Part shown: piece by piece, positions 1 to 10,136 of the stretch
How the letters are laid out: every line of letters begins with the position of its first letter
How positions within the stretch are numbered: the first letter of the stretch is position 1
Source of the DNA: Escherichia phage FriedrichZschokke
Sequence record: MZ501067
Strand: one strand, 5' to 3'
Length of the DNA stretch: 64,000 bases
The notes under the pieces: generated by a model
Seen by the model: only the letters and a program-made list of their open reading frames with translations
Told to the model about the DNA's origin: nothing
Databases searched by the model: none
Made by a program: the position numbers and the translations under genes

Positions 1-390
1 ACGAGCATGGCCATGATAATACCCACAATCCATGGCATCTTCGACGTATTGAATCAATTCATAGAACTGTTCACGGGTTAATTGATTGACTTTATCTACA
101 CAACGACGGTCATCTCTTTTTCGCATTGAACTCATACGAATAGTAGTATCATCGTCAATCATCCAGATTCGTTGACCTGCATACATATCAGTAATTGCTT
201 TACGAGTACCGGCAATTCCGTTTACATCATCAGGAATAGTTATAATTTTAGCTCTAGACCCATAGGCATCATAATAAGCTTTTTCTTCATGTTCACGCAC
301 TACAATATGGGGTTCATAATCAGTCGGAAACATATCAAGGGCAGAAACTGCCCCGACACGCTGATAACTTGGAATTACGAATTGAATCAT
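1..390 (-). CDS. Glycosyltransferase, GT-A-like, N-terminal ~130 codons only (3' end runs off the window)
   Basis: Reverse-strand ATG at 390-388 overlaps the gene 42 stop (ATGA). Translation MIQFVIPSYQRVG...RIWMIDDDTTI has a DxD motif typical of GT-A transferases; it does not resemble T4 beta-gt as I recall it. Confidence 0.5.
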   Translation of the reverse strand, partial: MIQFVIPSYQRVGAVSALDMFPTDYEPHIVVREHEEKAYYDAYGSRAKIITIPDDVNGIAGTRKAITDMYAGQRIWMIDDDTTIRMSSMRKRDDRRCVDKVNQLTREQFYELIQYVEDAMDCGYYHGHAR

Positions 391-1127
391 TTCCACTCAC
401 CTTTATAGTCTTTTTTCACAATATGAGTTTCGCCAGTATTCCACCAATGATCAACCAAGTAAAAATGACGAGAATATACATGAAGACTTCCGACATTCCA
501 TATAATAGAACCTGCTTTATACTGACGAGTTGAATCGCCTGCATTCAAATCAGATACTAATTTATCTAATACGTATTTTTGCCATGCATAATCATTACGG
601 AATCCGAAGACCACGTCATTTGAGCGCATGCTTACTACTGCATTGACTTTCTTATCACGAATCAGGTACTGTACTGTATTAGTACACATGAAATCTGACA
701 TACCATCTTTATTGTAGTCAAATTGCATGGATGGACGAGTATAAATCATGATACCACGTCGAGAATCAGAATTTTGACCAAGTTCAGCTAAACACATATC
801 ATACTGGGCATAGTTATCTTCTGACCAGATAGCCCAACCATAATTTGAGTTAATTTCACCTTTAGAAGATGCTACTTGTTGCCAAATCTTTGGTGTTTCA
901 CCTGGAATATCTTTAACAAACAAGCTCTTAGATTTATACCATTCAAGTTCGCGCTGAATGTATTCATCATTAAGAGCGCCAAAAATAAACGGTTCATCTG
1001 CTACAAATGATGCGCCAATAATTTCAATAGTTTTAACACCGGTTTTATCAACTACGAAATCTTTTTCTTTTAATGCAAGCCCCAAATGAAGACGGATTTC
1101 TTCAACTGTCATAGAGTCACTAATCAT
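387..1127 (-). CDS. 42: dCMP hydroxymethylase (thymidylate-synthase fold)
   Basis: 246 aa ORF; length and sequence match T4 gp42 as recalled; lies between imm and the glycosyltransferase as in T-even phages. Confidence 0.92.
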   Translation of the reverse strand: MISDSMTVEEIRLHLGLALKEKDFVVDKTGVKTIEIIGASFVADEPFIFGALNDEYIQRELEWYKSKSLFVKDIPGETPKIWQQVASSKGEINSNYGWAIWSEDNYAQYDMCLAELGQNSDSRRGIMIYTRPSMQFDYNKDGMSDFMCTNTVQYLIRDKKVNAVVSMRSNDVVFGFRNDYAWQKYVLDKLVSDLNAGDSTRQYKAGSIIWNVGSLHVYSRHFYLVDHWWNTGETHIVKKDYKGEWK

Positions 1128-1227
1128 TTAAACCTCAATTGATACATTCATATTTAACTTGTAACAGTAATAAACCCCAACCTAAAATAATAGTTGGAAT
1201 CATAAGAGGAACCGTTACACTATAGTA

Positions 1228-1262
1228 TATACTTATTATAATCATCAAGATTAAAAGCAACA
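1228..1262 (-). promoter_or_regulatory. Middle-type promoter (MotA box GCTTTT, 12 bp spacer, TATAAT) upstream of gene 42
   Basis: Minus strand reads GCTTTTaatcttgatgatTATAAT; the MotA-box/-10 spacing matches the T4 middle-promoter architecture. Confidence 0.4.
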
Positions 1263-1280
1263 CTGCTATAATTTTGCTTT

Positions 1281-1532
1281 TCATTCCTTCTCTCTGATGA
1301 TAATTACCTGATTTGGTTGTGCAGACTTTTTAGTTTCACCCGCAATTGACCAAATAAATGTAATAAACCAACCAATAATTGACCAGTTAAACAGTAAAGA
1401 TGTGAAAAAGATTCCTACTGTCGATTTTGACCCACGCATCAAGGCGATAAACCATGGAAGCATGTATATAATAATAGCCAACACACCTGAAACTAAAACC
1501 ATAAAAATTGAACCTGCTACTAAAGTTTCCAT
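1281..1532 (-). CDS. imm: Superinfection immunity membrane protein Imm
   Basis: 83 aa with two hydrophobic helices (METLVAGSIFMVLVSGVLAIIIYMLPWFIALM...); position immediately upstream of gene 42 as in T4. Confidence 0.8.
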   Translation of the reverse strand: METLVAGSIFMVLVSGVLAIIIYMLPWFIALMRGSKSTVGIFFTSLLFNWSIIGWFITFIWSIAGETKKSAQPNQVIIIREKE

Positions 1533-1539
1533 GTTTTCC

Positions 1540-1920
1540 TCACTTAGTCAAATTTTTTACACATGAATTATAAGAATTCACTACATACTCCATCGGAGCA
1601 TTTTTACCAGTACGCCATTGGTAATTATTAGCCCAATTAGCCCAAAGCTCGGCGCAGTAGTTTTCAATTTTTTCTTCGCGTGTAATTACATCCGAATTAC
1701 GATATGCTTGAGCAGATTCATCTGGACGAATAGCTTCGTCAAAATTCGCCTGCATTTGTTCGACTGTTTGCTTTGGAGCTTCTTTATAACACTTGACATT
1801 AGGATTATAAAATTTGCTTGAACAGTTTACAATTTTTCCTACATCAGACTGATTTACTACCGGTCCTTGAGCTACACAACCAGTAAGACCTAATGCAATA
1901 ACCAAAATAGCGATTTTCAT
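1540..1920 (-). CDS. Putative lipoprotein / secreted protein
   Basis: 126 aa; N-terminal signal sequence with lipobox-like LTGC (MKIAILVIALGLTGC...). Confidence 0.6.
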   Translation of the reverse strand: MKIAILVIALGLTGCVAQGPVVNQSDVGKIVNCSSKFYNPNVKCYKEAPKQTVEQMQANFDEAIRPDESAQAYRNSDVITREEKIENYCAELWANWANNYQWRTGKNAPMEYVVNSYNSCVKNLTK

Positions 1921-1930
1921 AATAATTTCC

Positions 1931-2179
1931 TCAAATGCAAGTAGTAATTACTCCAGTAGTGCTTATGCAGGTATTACCCATTTGCACACCTAAAGATCCA
2001 TTTGTATTCACATGAAGATTATCATCAATTTTAACTGATATTTTACCATTAGTGTGAATAACGGTGCTAGATTCAATCACAGGTTGAGTATCATTTTCAA
2101 CACTAACAAATGGAACTGCTGCTAATGCAACTAAACAAACTGCTAAGCATCCCATAACAATTTTCATTTTATTCTCCAA
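1931..2179 (-). CDS. Small secreted protein
   Basis: 82 aa with N-terminal signal peptide; GGAG Shine-Dalgarno upstream; early promoter directly upstream. Confidence 0.55.
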   Translation of the reverse strand: MENKMKIVMGCLAVCLVALAAVPFVSVENDTQPVIESSTVIHTNGKISVKIDDNLHVNTNGSLGVQMGNTCISTTGVITTCI

Positions 2180-2194
2180 ATCCGTATTAGTTGA

Positions 2195-2240
2195 TAGTTG
2201 TATAGTACCATGGAAGAACAGTCTTGTAAACAGTTTTGTG
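2195..2240 (-). promoter_or_regulatory. Early (sigma70-type) promoter with extended -10
   Basis: Minus strand: -35 TTTACA (2225-2230), 17 bp spacer, TGG-TACTAT -10 (2202-2210), A/T-rich UP-like tract upstream; one copy of a recurrent ~50 nt motif. Confidence 0.55.
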
Positions 2241-2311
2241 AAAATTTTTTAGGGAATTCTAAAGGTCCAGAATCATCTGTTTTTCATAAGTATAGATTTA
2301 TATTACTTGTA

Positions 2312-2335
2312 TGAAAAAGGGACCCGGAGGTCCCT
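2312..2335 (-). terminator. Intrinsic terminator downstream of gene 43
   Basis: Minus RNA agggacc-UCCG-ggucccu followed by UUUUUC. Confidence 0.6.
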
Positions 2336-2347
2336 AGATTTATTCTA

Positions 2348-5044
2348 TCAGCCAAACAGGAAGTCTAACGAAGCTTTTTCTTCATAGTCCATACCAGCCG
2401 ATTCACACATGCCTGCAAGCGGTTTAACAAACGATTTTTGGAACAAAGTTGAGTAGTCAATCCAAGACAGTACGTCAGAACGAATTTCTTTTGGAAGTTC
2501 TGTACCCGACGGCCAAGCAATGCATTTGTCACCAAATGGATTTCCTTCACGCAATGGAAGAACCATTACTTTATTTCCATCCAAAATTGGAGCTACACCT
2601 AAACCGCTAACAGCTCGACGATAAGTTAGCACACCACGAATATGGAACGGACATTTAAATCCTGGCCAACCTTTATCATCATATTTCGCTATATCGTTCG
2701 CAGTTTTTACTTCAGCAATAACTTTATAGTCAAGTTGACGATATTCTTTCTCGAAGTTCTTGTAATATTCTTGGACAGACTCTTCACCTTCCTGAAGAAT
2801 ACGACGAATACTTTCTTCGAGAGCTTCTTGAACCGCTTTAGGTGTTGAACTCTGCTGAGTTTCCATACCCATGATTTTTAGATGTGGTTCAGCAAAACGC
2901 TTATCTTCCATATCATAAACGTTCAGAGCATAACGCTTTTTCGCTTTCCAAAATCCACCAACACCCTTTGAACCGAGCGGAGGGCAAGAAATAGCTTCAC
3001 GGTCCATATGCATCAGATGCTCGCGGTTATTCATATAATCACATAACTCACGATATGCAACATCAATCATAGGTTCCATCTTTTTCTTACCGAACTGATT
3101 CATGAATTCAACTAAATCGTTCTGCTCTTTGAATCGGTCAAGACCAACTTTTTCAATAACTTTATCTACACAAACATATACCGAATCAGTATCACCTGCT
3201 GCGATGAAATCTTCGCCATTAGTTCCACATACTTTATTCAGATACTCATTAATTTTACGAGCAATCCACTGAATACCAACTTGGCCGAAAATTGTGATAG
3301 CAGTAGCATTTCGCAAATCATAGTAACGGAAATGAATATTACCAAGAGCACCGTAAAGGCTGTTAATAAGAATTTTACGGTTCAGCTGATTTGTGTTAGC
3401 AAGTGTAGCCGCTTTTTCACATTCTTCAATCAAACTATTGAGAACAGATTCAGTATAATTCGATAGTTCATTTAAGAAATCATCACTGAACTTAACATAT
3501 CGTTCAACTTCAGGTTTAGTTGAACAAGACCCTGCGCCTTTCATAATAATCTTTTTAATAGCTTCGGCATTCATTTCTTCAGCGAACATTTTCTTTTTCC
3601 AATCTTTACGCTGGAAAAATACTTTAGCGATTTCCTTTGGAATGATACCTTCTTGATGCTTATCATACATCCATCCATTCGGAGAACAAGAATATTCATC
3701 ACTCGGTTTAGGAGCTGTTCCTGCGATATATTCATGAATTGGATGAACTTTAAACTGACCACGAATAGTCTCAGGACTAATGTTAACCTGACGAATAATG
3801 CTCGGATACAGAGACGTCAAGTCAAAACTCATAATATATCGACGAGCAATTGGTTTAGGTTCAAATACGAATGCACCTGGAAAACTTTGTTTAACGTGCG
3901 AACCTTGTTGAGGAATAACCTTATGTTCACCTTTCAATGAGTTAAAAATAATAGCATCCCAAGTTTTAATAGGACTCATTACACCAGAAAAAGGCATTTT
4001 AGCGTAATAAGACATACTTAAAACTAGATCGATAAACCCGCGGATTTTATCAATTGCTTGAACTGATTCTACGTCAATGATGTTATAACTAATGTATCGT
4101 TGATGATTAGTCTCACGAAGTTTATTAATAGGACCATCATACGGTAATTTACCTTTTTTGGTTTCATGTTGAGCAACTGATTCCAAAGAGAATGACGGCA
4201 AATTAGTAAAAGCGAATTTCTTGTACAAATCTAAATAATCAAGAATAGATACGCCATCAATAGAATAAATTTCTTTGCTACCGTACATATTTTGAATTAG
4301 TTTAGATTTTACTCGACCGATTGGAGAGAAACGTTTCATACTACGTTCACCGAGAACCATTTTAACGCGATTCATGATATACGGAACGTCAAATCCCTCA
4401 ATATTCCAACCAGTAAAAATAGCAGGTCGTTTCTGTTCCCAAAGATTAATATATTCCATGAGCATATCACGCTCATTATCGAATGGCATATAAATTACTC
4501 GGTCAAGAATTTCTTGAGGAACTTCATCACCACCTTCACAGTCAAGCTTAGCAGCTAACTTTGCATCCCATTTTGATACTGAACCGTACATTGAATTCAA
4601 AAGGTCGAAAACATAAAAACGATCATCAATTGAATCGTAATGAGTGATAGCATCAATTTCATATTCAGCTTTCATTGGGTCAGGAAATTTATCACCAGTA
4701 ACCTCAATGTCACAGTTAGCTACACGAACAAATTTTCGGTCATAAACAATTTCTGAACCGTATGTATCACTGATATAAGCGAGTTTAAAATCGTTCATAC
4801 CGAGAGCTTCGAGACCGATGTCTTCCATTCGTTTCATCCAATCTCGAGCATCTTTCATTGATGGAAATTTTTGAGGAGCGCAGTTTTTACCATAGATGTC
4901 TTTGTACTTTGACTCTTCCTTACAATGCCTAAACATAGTTGGAAGATATTCTACTTCACGAGTACGTTCCTTTCCGTTTTCATCAATATAACGTTCAACA
5001 ATGTTATTTCCGACTGTTTCGATAGAGATATAAAATTCTTTCAT
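2348..5044 (-). CDS. 43: DNA polymerase (family B)
   Basis: 898 aa ORF; length and sequence match T4 gp43 as recalled; synteny with regA-62-44-45. Confidence 0.97.
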   Translation of the reverse strand: MKEFYISIETVGNNIVERYIDENGKERTREVEYLPTMFRHCKEESKYKDIYGKNCAPQKFPSMKDARDWMKRMEDIGLEALGMNDFKLAYISDTYGSEIVYDRKFVRVANCDIEVTGDKFPDPMKAEYEIDAITHYDSIDDRFYVFDLLNSMYGSVSKWDAKLAAKLDCEGGDEVPQEILDRVIYMPFDNERDMLMEYINLWEQKRPAIFTGWNIEGFDVPYIMNRVKMVLGERSMKRFSPIGRVKSKLIQNMYGSKEIYSIDGVSILDYLDLYKKFAFTNLPSFSLESVAQHETKKGKLPYDGPINKLRETNHQRYISYNIIDVESVQAIDKIRGFIDLVLSMSYYAKMPFSGVMSPIKTWDAIIFNSLKGEHKVIPQQGSHVKQSFPGAFVFEPKPIARRYIMSFDLTSLYPSIIRQVNISPETIRGQFKVHPIHEYIAGTAPKPSDEYSCSPNGWMYDKHQEGIIPKEIAKVFFQRKDWKKKMFAEEMNAEAIKKIIMKGAGSCSTKPEVERYVKFSDDFLNELSNYTESVLNSLIEECEKAATLANTNQLNRKILINSLYGALGNIHFRYYDLRNATAITIFGQVGIQWIARKINEYLNKVCGTNGEDFIAAGDTDSVYVCVDKVIEKVGLDRFKEQNDLVEFMNQFGKKKMEPMIDVAYRELCDYMNNREHLMHMDREAISCPPLGSKGVGGFWKAKKRYALNVYDMEDKRFAEPHLKIMGMETQQSSTPKAVQEALEESIRRILQEGEESVQEYYKNFEKEYRQLDYKVIAEVKTANDIAKYDDKGWPGFKCPFHIRGVLTYRRAVSGLGVAPILDGNKVMVLPLREGNPFGDKCIAWPSGTELPKEIRSDVLSWIDYSTLFQKSFVKPLAGMCESAGMDYEEKASLDFLFG

Positions 5045-5082
5045 AGATATTCCTTAGTTTATAGCCCGAGTTATTAGGCTCT
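5045..5082 (-). promoter_or_regulatory. Gene 43 translational operator (hairpin plus Shine-Dalgarno)
   Basis: mRNA reads AGCC-UAAUAACUC-GGGCU (5 bp stem, 8 nt loop) then AUAAACUAAGGAAUAUCUAUG; matches the gp43 autoregulatory operator as I recall it. Confidence 0.55.
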
Positions 5083-5100
5083 TGATATATTATACTCCAA

Positions 5101-5122
5101 ATAAGGGGCCGAAGCCCCTTGC
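5101..5122 (-). terminator. Hairpin / weak intrinsic terminator between regA and 43
   Basis: Minus RNA aaggggc-UUCG-gccccuu followed by AUUUGG. Confidence 0.45.
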
Positions 5123-5491
5123 TTAATTACCAATCGTATATTTAGGAACGAGTTTCCATTCATGTTTTTGTTTAAAAGAAATAACTCGGAAGTTATTAGT
5201 TAAATCTTTCATAAAAGTTCTTTGACCAGGAACAATTTCAATCAGTCCCCAATCTTCTAACAGCCATGCAATCGAATCACGACGAACTTCATCTTCTTCT
5301 GTCATTTCAACTTGGCGACCATCCATACGAAGCATTTCTTTAAAATGAACGATATAGTATAGTCCTTTTTTCTGAAGAATATGACAGGACTGATACAGAA
5401 CTTTATCTTTATTATTAGCAATTCCCATACGAGTCAAAGTTTCTTTTACTTTCAGAAAATCTTCAGGTTTTTTAAGAGTAATTTCAATCAT
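5123..5491 (-). CDS. regA: Translational repressor RegA
   Basis: 122 aa; position between 62 and 43; matches T4 RegA length and sequence as recalled. Confidence 0.9.
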   Translation of the reverse strand: MIEITLKKPEDFLKVKETLTRMGIANNKDKVLYQSCHILQKKGLYYIVHFKEMLRMDGRQVEMTEEDEVRRDSIAWLLEDWGLIEIVPGQRTFMKDLTNNFRVISFKQKHEWKLVPKYTIGN

Positions 5492-5492
5492 T

Positions 5493-6056
5493 TTACCATT
5501 CCAATGCTAGTTTTTTGAGTTGTTTCTGTTCTTTTACGTTCTTAGTCACTTCTTTCAAAAAATCATCCGTGACTAATCCTTTAAGTTCTTTTAATACTAA
5601 AGGTAGTTTTCCATTTTTAGTAAGAATTGATTTATAGTTAATTGCATCATTTGTATTAACTTGATACCGCTTAGCAAGTAACTTAATAATCAATACTTCG
5701 GTGGAATCTTCAACTAGTTTTGCCCATTTACCATATCTTTTACCACGAGGAACTGCAGCCATTAGATAATTAAAATGAGCTTCATCACTTAAGCCTGATC
5801 CAATTAAATTCATAGCATATACAGCTGGCATGCACTCTGGAAATTGTGATAATGCATTTTCAACCATGAATTTTGAATAATCTTTTTGAGCAATAGAGCA
5901 TTTAGTTTTATTATTAATAGCTCCAATTATTTCAAAAAATTCATTTTCAGCTTTTTCTTTAAAAGTATCAGCAGCAGATTGGACAGCTGTCCAATCTTTA
6001 GAATACCAAGCAACTTGATGCTCGTTTAATTGAATATCATCTTCAAATAAGCTCAT
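5493..6056 (-). CDS. 62: Clamp loader small subunit
   Basis: 187 aa; immediately downstream of 44. Confidence 0.9.
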   Translation of the reverse strand: MSLFEDDIQLNEHQVAWYSKDWTAVQSAADTFKEKAENEFFEIIGAINNKTKCSIAQKDYSKFMVENALSQFPECMPAVYAMNLIGSGLSDEAHFNYLMAAVPRGKRYGKWAKLVEDSTEVLIIKLLAKRYQVNTNDAINYKSILTKNGKLPLVLKELKGLVTDDFLKEVTKNVKEQKQLKKLALEW

Positions 6057-6057
6057 A

Positions 6058-7017
6058 TCACTTCCACTGCATTTCGCATGCTAATTGAATGAAAAGATAA
6101 GCTAAATGCAATTCAGTATTAGCTGCAATACCATGATACTGATTATTTTCGCCGACAATTTCGTACATACGAATAATACTCTGTGGTGTTACACGTGAAT
6201 AGATTTCTTCGGCAAGTTTACCCACGAACCACGAATAATCGGCTGCATATTTTGGTGCTAAAGCTCTGAGTTGTTTAACATCTTTATTTTTGAGAGACTC
6301 AAGAACATCATCAATAGCACCACGATCGTTAGTAACCAGTGATAAAATACCAGCATCCAAAACACCTTTAGATGAATAGCTATCGAGCTCGCCAATAGTT
6401 TTACGAAAATCAGGAAAATTCTTTTTAACCAAAGCTGCTACAACTTTCATATCAGCTATAGCAATACCTTCATGTTTACAGATTTCAGTCAATCGACGAA
6501 TCATCTGCTTCATCATTTCAATTTTATCTTCATCGGTCGGTTGACCGAACGTAATAACTCGGCAGCGTGACTGAAGTGGTTTAATAATACCATCAATATT
6601 GTTAGCAGTAATAATAATACTACAGTTTGAACTATAAGCTTCCATAAAGGAACGAAGATGTCGCTGAGATTCTGCTAAACCTGAGCGGTCAAATTCATCA
6701 ATAACGATTACTTTTTGACGACCATCAAATGAAGCTGCACTCGCAAAATTAGTTAAAGGACCACGAACGAAATCAATTTTACAGTCTGATCCATTTACAA
6801 ACATCATATCAGCATTTACATCATGACACAATGCTTTTGCTACAGTTGTTTTACCTGTTCCTGGAGAAGGAGAATGAAGAATAATATGTGGAATCTTACC
6901 TTTACTTGTAATAGATTTAAAGGTTTCTTTATCAAAGGCGGGAAGAATACATTCATCGATAGTAGATGGACGATATTTCTGTTCAAGAATGTGTTCTTTT
7001 TCATTTACGGTAATCAT
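6058..7017 (-). CDS. 44: Clamp loader ATPase subunit
   Basis: Walker A GTGKTT and DEFD Walker B; start placed at MITVNEK (319 aa) rather than the 5 codon longer ORF. Confidence 0.92.
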
Positions 7018-7048
7018 AATTTCCTCATTCAAGTTTTAGTGTAAATTA

Positions 7049-7068
7049 TAAAGGGCCGAAGCCCTCTA
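7049..7068 (-). terminator. Hairpin / intrinsic terminator between 45 and 44
   Basis: Minus RNA agggc-UUCG-gcccu followed by UUAUAAUUU. Confidence 0.45.
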
Positions 7069-7755
7069 TTAAAAATCGTGGGTAGAATCAGCTTCAAGAG
7101 CTACTACATAATTCGCATGTTCACCTTCAAATTTAGCAGCACCTTGTTTACCTTTTGCCCAGAGCAGAAGTTTATAATTTCCTGGTTGCATTTTCATATT
7201 TGCCATATTGATAATGAAATTAAATGTATTTTCACCATCATAATCACCAAGAGTCAAAGAATATTTAACACGGGTCAGAGCAGAATCTTCTACTTTATTA
7301 AAACCGTTAATTACGATTTTACCTTCTTTTACCGTGATAGCAATTGTATCAATTTGCAGACCACGAGATACACGCAACAGTTGTTGAAGGTCTTCAGCTT
7401 TAATTTCAGTAACAACAGATGCTACCGGGAATGGAATTGGTTTATTAGGAGCAACTACTGTACTCGGATCGGCTGCTGGCCAAAAAATTGTTGAACGGGC
7501 ATCAGCAATTTTAATATTTCCATCTTCTGACTGGGAAATTTCTGCATCATCATTAACTAGAGACAGAATACCGAGAAAACCGTTCAAATCGTAAATTGCT
7601 ACATCAAAATCAATAACGTCAGAAATATTTGCTTCCGCATAAGTTGTACCATTAACTGCGCGAGTCATAATAAATTGACCGGATTTAAGCATAATACCGG
7701 AGTTAATAGTAGCGAAATTTTTAAGCAGAGCAGTAGTATCTTTAGACAGTTTCAT
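7069..7755 (-). CDS. 45: Sliding clamp
   Basis: 228 aa; synteny and sequence match T4 gp45. Confidence 0.93.
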   Translation of the reverse strand: MKLSKDTTALLKNFATINSGIMLKSGQFIMTRAVNGTTYAEANISDVIDFDVAIYDLNGFLGILSLVNDDAEISQSEDGNIKIADARSTIFWPAADPSTVVAPNKPIPFPVASVVTEIKAEDLQQLLRVSRGLQIDTIAITVKEGKIVINGFNKVEDSALTRVKYSLTLGDYDGENTFNFIINMANMKMQPGNYKLLLWAKGKQGAAKFEGEHANYVVALEADSTHDF

Positions 7756-7810
7756 GTAATTTCCTTCAATTCAAATGAGATTTAATTTTATAACTAATTT
7801 AATAAAGCAA

Positions 7811-8200
7811 TTAACGATTAAAATCAGCCGCAATTGTTTCCGCAACAATTTGAGCAGCAACAATTAGACGTTCATCTGCATTACCACAATAATCATCTTC
7901 AAGGCGTTCACCACATGAAGTCATAATAAATTTAGCACCGGCGTTTAGGGATTCTGTAGTATGTTTGCGCATTAGTTCAATCCATTTATTACTTACTTCA
8001 CGATCGATAGCTTCATAATACGCATGACGAGCAGGTGCAGATTTAATTTTGTTCTGAATAACTTCCATTGCGTTATCAGAAAGAGACAAAACCCATGCTC
8101 GACGAATTTTATTTTGGTTTTGTGGATTTGATTCAGAACGCACGTGTTTTGGCTGAATATCTTTTACGTCAACAGTATAATTCACAGTAATTTTAGTCAT
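7811..8200 (-). CDS. rpbA: RNA polymerase-binding protein RpbA
   Basis: 129 aa; position between 45 and 46. Confidence 0.8.
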
Positions 8201-8209
8201 AATACACCT

Positions 8210-8398
8210 TTAGTCATAATAATCAGTAACAGTCCAAGCTTCATTTCTATTGGACATTATTTTTGTATATTCTGCTTTAAATGCATTCCTAAGCATAGAT
8301 TCAGTAACTATATGCTCTTCATTAGAAAAATTATTTCTCAGAATATATCGTTTTATTTCAGGAAAAGTTAATAAATGCTGTCCAGTTGAATATTCCAT
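8210..8398 (-). CDS. Hypothetical protein (62 aa)
   Basis: ORF on the early strand, tightly packed between rpbA and 46. Confidence 0.5.
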   Translation of the reverse strand: MEYSTGQHLLTFPEIKRYILRNNFSNEEHIVTESMLRNAFKAEYTKIMSNRNEAWTVTDYYD

Positions 8399-8453
8399 GT
8401 TTTTCCTCCATAGAGATTATACTCTAATAAATTAAAGCATAATCTCTTATAAA

Positions 8454-10136
8454 TTAAACCATTACAGTAAATCGACCAACTTTCTTCATTTGAAGATGCT
8501 GACCATATTCTTGTGGGTCATGGTCTTTATGCGAAATTATAAAAACATTAGTATTTTTCATTGAATTTATAATATTCGCTACACCTTTAATACCTTCGGC
8601 ATCAAATGACCCATCAAACACTTCATCGAGTATTAATGTACTAATACTAACACCAGATACAATAGAAGCAATATCACGCCAAGTAAATAAAAGAGCAATA
8701 TCAATTCTTGCCTTTTCACCTTCACTAAATGAAGCATAACTAAAATCTTCACGACCACGGGATTTAATTGTCTCATTAAATTCTTCATCTAATGTAAACA
8801 CATAATCCGCTTCCATTATTTTAAGATAGTGGTTAATCTGCTTATTAAATAATGGAATGTACTTTTTAATAATAGCACCTTTAATACCAGAATCTTTGAG
8901 CATATCAGTCAAAATTCCTCGGTGGTATTTTTCCATTACTAAATTAGTTTTTGTCTTAACAATTTTATCAAGTTCTTCTTGAAGCAGTGCTATTTCATCA
9001 GCATGGTCAATAAACTCAGAAGATGCTTTTTCTATAGCTGCTTTAACTTTTTTAGCTTTATCTACTGTCGTGATTAGAGATTGCTTTTTATTGCGAATAT
9101 CATTTGCCAACGACTGCTGGGTTTTAATATTATCTCGGTATTCATCAACAAGAACTTTTAAATTATCACGGTGTGTTGAAAGCTGTTCAAACGAATGCGT
9201 GCATTCAGAAACTTTATCTTTAATTTTAGAAACAACTTTATCACCGGAACTCAATTGTGACAAACAGGTTGGACATAATCCACCTTCGTGATACATATTA
9301 ATGACTTTATTATACGAGTCAATTTTTGATTTAATTAAAACTGCTTCTTGACCGATTTTATTAAATGCATCAGTCGGGTCTTCGTCTAAAACAATATTAA
9401 CTAATCTTTCATTAGCTTCTTCTATTTCCGATTTTAGCGTTCTAGCTTCTTTTGCCAAATCATCATACATATTTTGCAGACGAGTAAGATTGTCACCCGT
9501 TAATTTTTTCTGGCGTTCAACGTTATCATTATATATTTTAATTTGTTGGATAATACTATCTTTTTTAACATCAAGCACTTGGTTTTGTGAATTTAATTCA
9601 CGTATTAGTGCTTTATTAAGCTTATCCATTTCAGCTAATGTTCCTACCTCAAGCAGGTCTTCCACAAGCTTTCTTCGTGCAGGGGTCGACAAACCCATGA
9701 AAGGGGTATACCCTGCTGTACCAAGGACAACAATCTGCTTGAAACTGGCATATGACATTCCGATAAGCTGTTCAAATTCTGCTTGGAAATCTTTACTGCT
9801 GGCAGATTCATTAAGACGTGTACCGTTAACGGTGATTTCGAAAACGTTTGGTTTTTGTCCTCTTTTGATATAGTACTTTTTCTCATCATATTCCATCCAC
9901 AGTTCAACTAAAAGTTCTTTCTTATTTGTGCTGTTTATTAATTGACCTTTCTTTACATCACGAAATGGTTTGCCAAAAAGCCCAAATGTGATGGCTTCTA
10001 ACATAGTAGACTTACCACCGCCATTTCGTCCAGTAATAAGAGTTTTTTGAACCTTATCTAATTGAATGTCAATAGGATTTCCACCTACTGACATTATATT
10101 TTGATACCTAACTCGGTTTAATTTAAAATTCTTCAC
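8454..10136 (-). CDS. 46: Recombination nuclease subunit (Rad50/SbcC-like ATPase)
   Basis: 560 aa; Walker A GRNGGGKST, long coiled-coil middle, C-terminal signature/Walker B region. Confidence 0.93.
   Translation of the reverse strand: MKNFKLNRVRYQNIMSVGGNPIDIQLDKVQKTLITGRNGGGKSTMLEAITFGLFGKPFRDVKKGQLINSTNKKELLVELWMEYDEKKYYIKRGQKPNVFEITVNGTRLNESASSKDFQAEFEQLIGMSYASFKQIVVLGTAGYTPFMGLSTPARRKLVEDLLEVGTLAEMDKLNKALIRELNSQNQVLDVKKDSIIQQIKIYNDNVERQKKLTGDNLTRLQNMYDDLAKEARTLKSEIEEANERLVNIVLDEDPTDAFNKIGQEAVLIKSKIDSYNKVINMYHEGGLCPTCLSQLSSGDKVVSKIKDKVSECTHSFEQLSTHRDNLKVLVDEYRDNIKTQQSLANDIRNKKQSLITTVDKAKKVKAAIEKASSEFIDHADEIALLQEELDKIVKTKTNLVMEKYHRGILTDMLKDSGIKGAIIKKYIPLFNKQINHYLKIMEADYVFTLDEEFNETIKSRGREDFSYASFSEGEKARIDIALLFTWRDIASIVSGVSISTLILDEVFDGSFDAEGIKGVANIINSMKNTNVFIISHKDHDPQEYGQHLQMKKVGRFTVMV

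Noticed and set aside
172-408. Plus-strand 78 aa ORF
   Set aside because: Antisense to the glycosyltransferase and gene 42 coding sequence; low-complexity translation; no start signals.
1128-1280. 22-codon ORF between gene 42 and imm
   Set aside because: Too short to support; the interval is better explained as the gene 42 promoter and leader.
3653-3940. Plus-strand ORFs inside gene 43 (also 2642-2848 and 3281-3466)
   Set aside because: Fully embedded antisense to the DNA polymerase gene; typical AT-rich antisense artefacts.
7078-7494. Plus-strand 138 aa ORF
   Set aside because: Antisense to gene 45; no promoter or Shine-Dalgarno; low-complexity translation.
9490-9873. Plus-strand 127 aa ORF (and minus 9644-9907, plus 9070-9291)
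   Set aside because: Embedded within or antisense to gene 46; the minus-strand one is an alternate frame of a well-supported gene.
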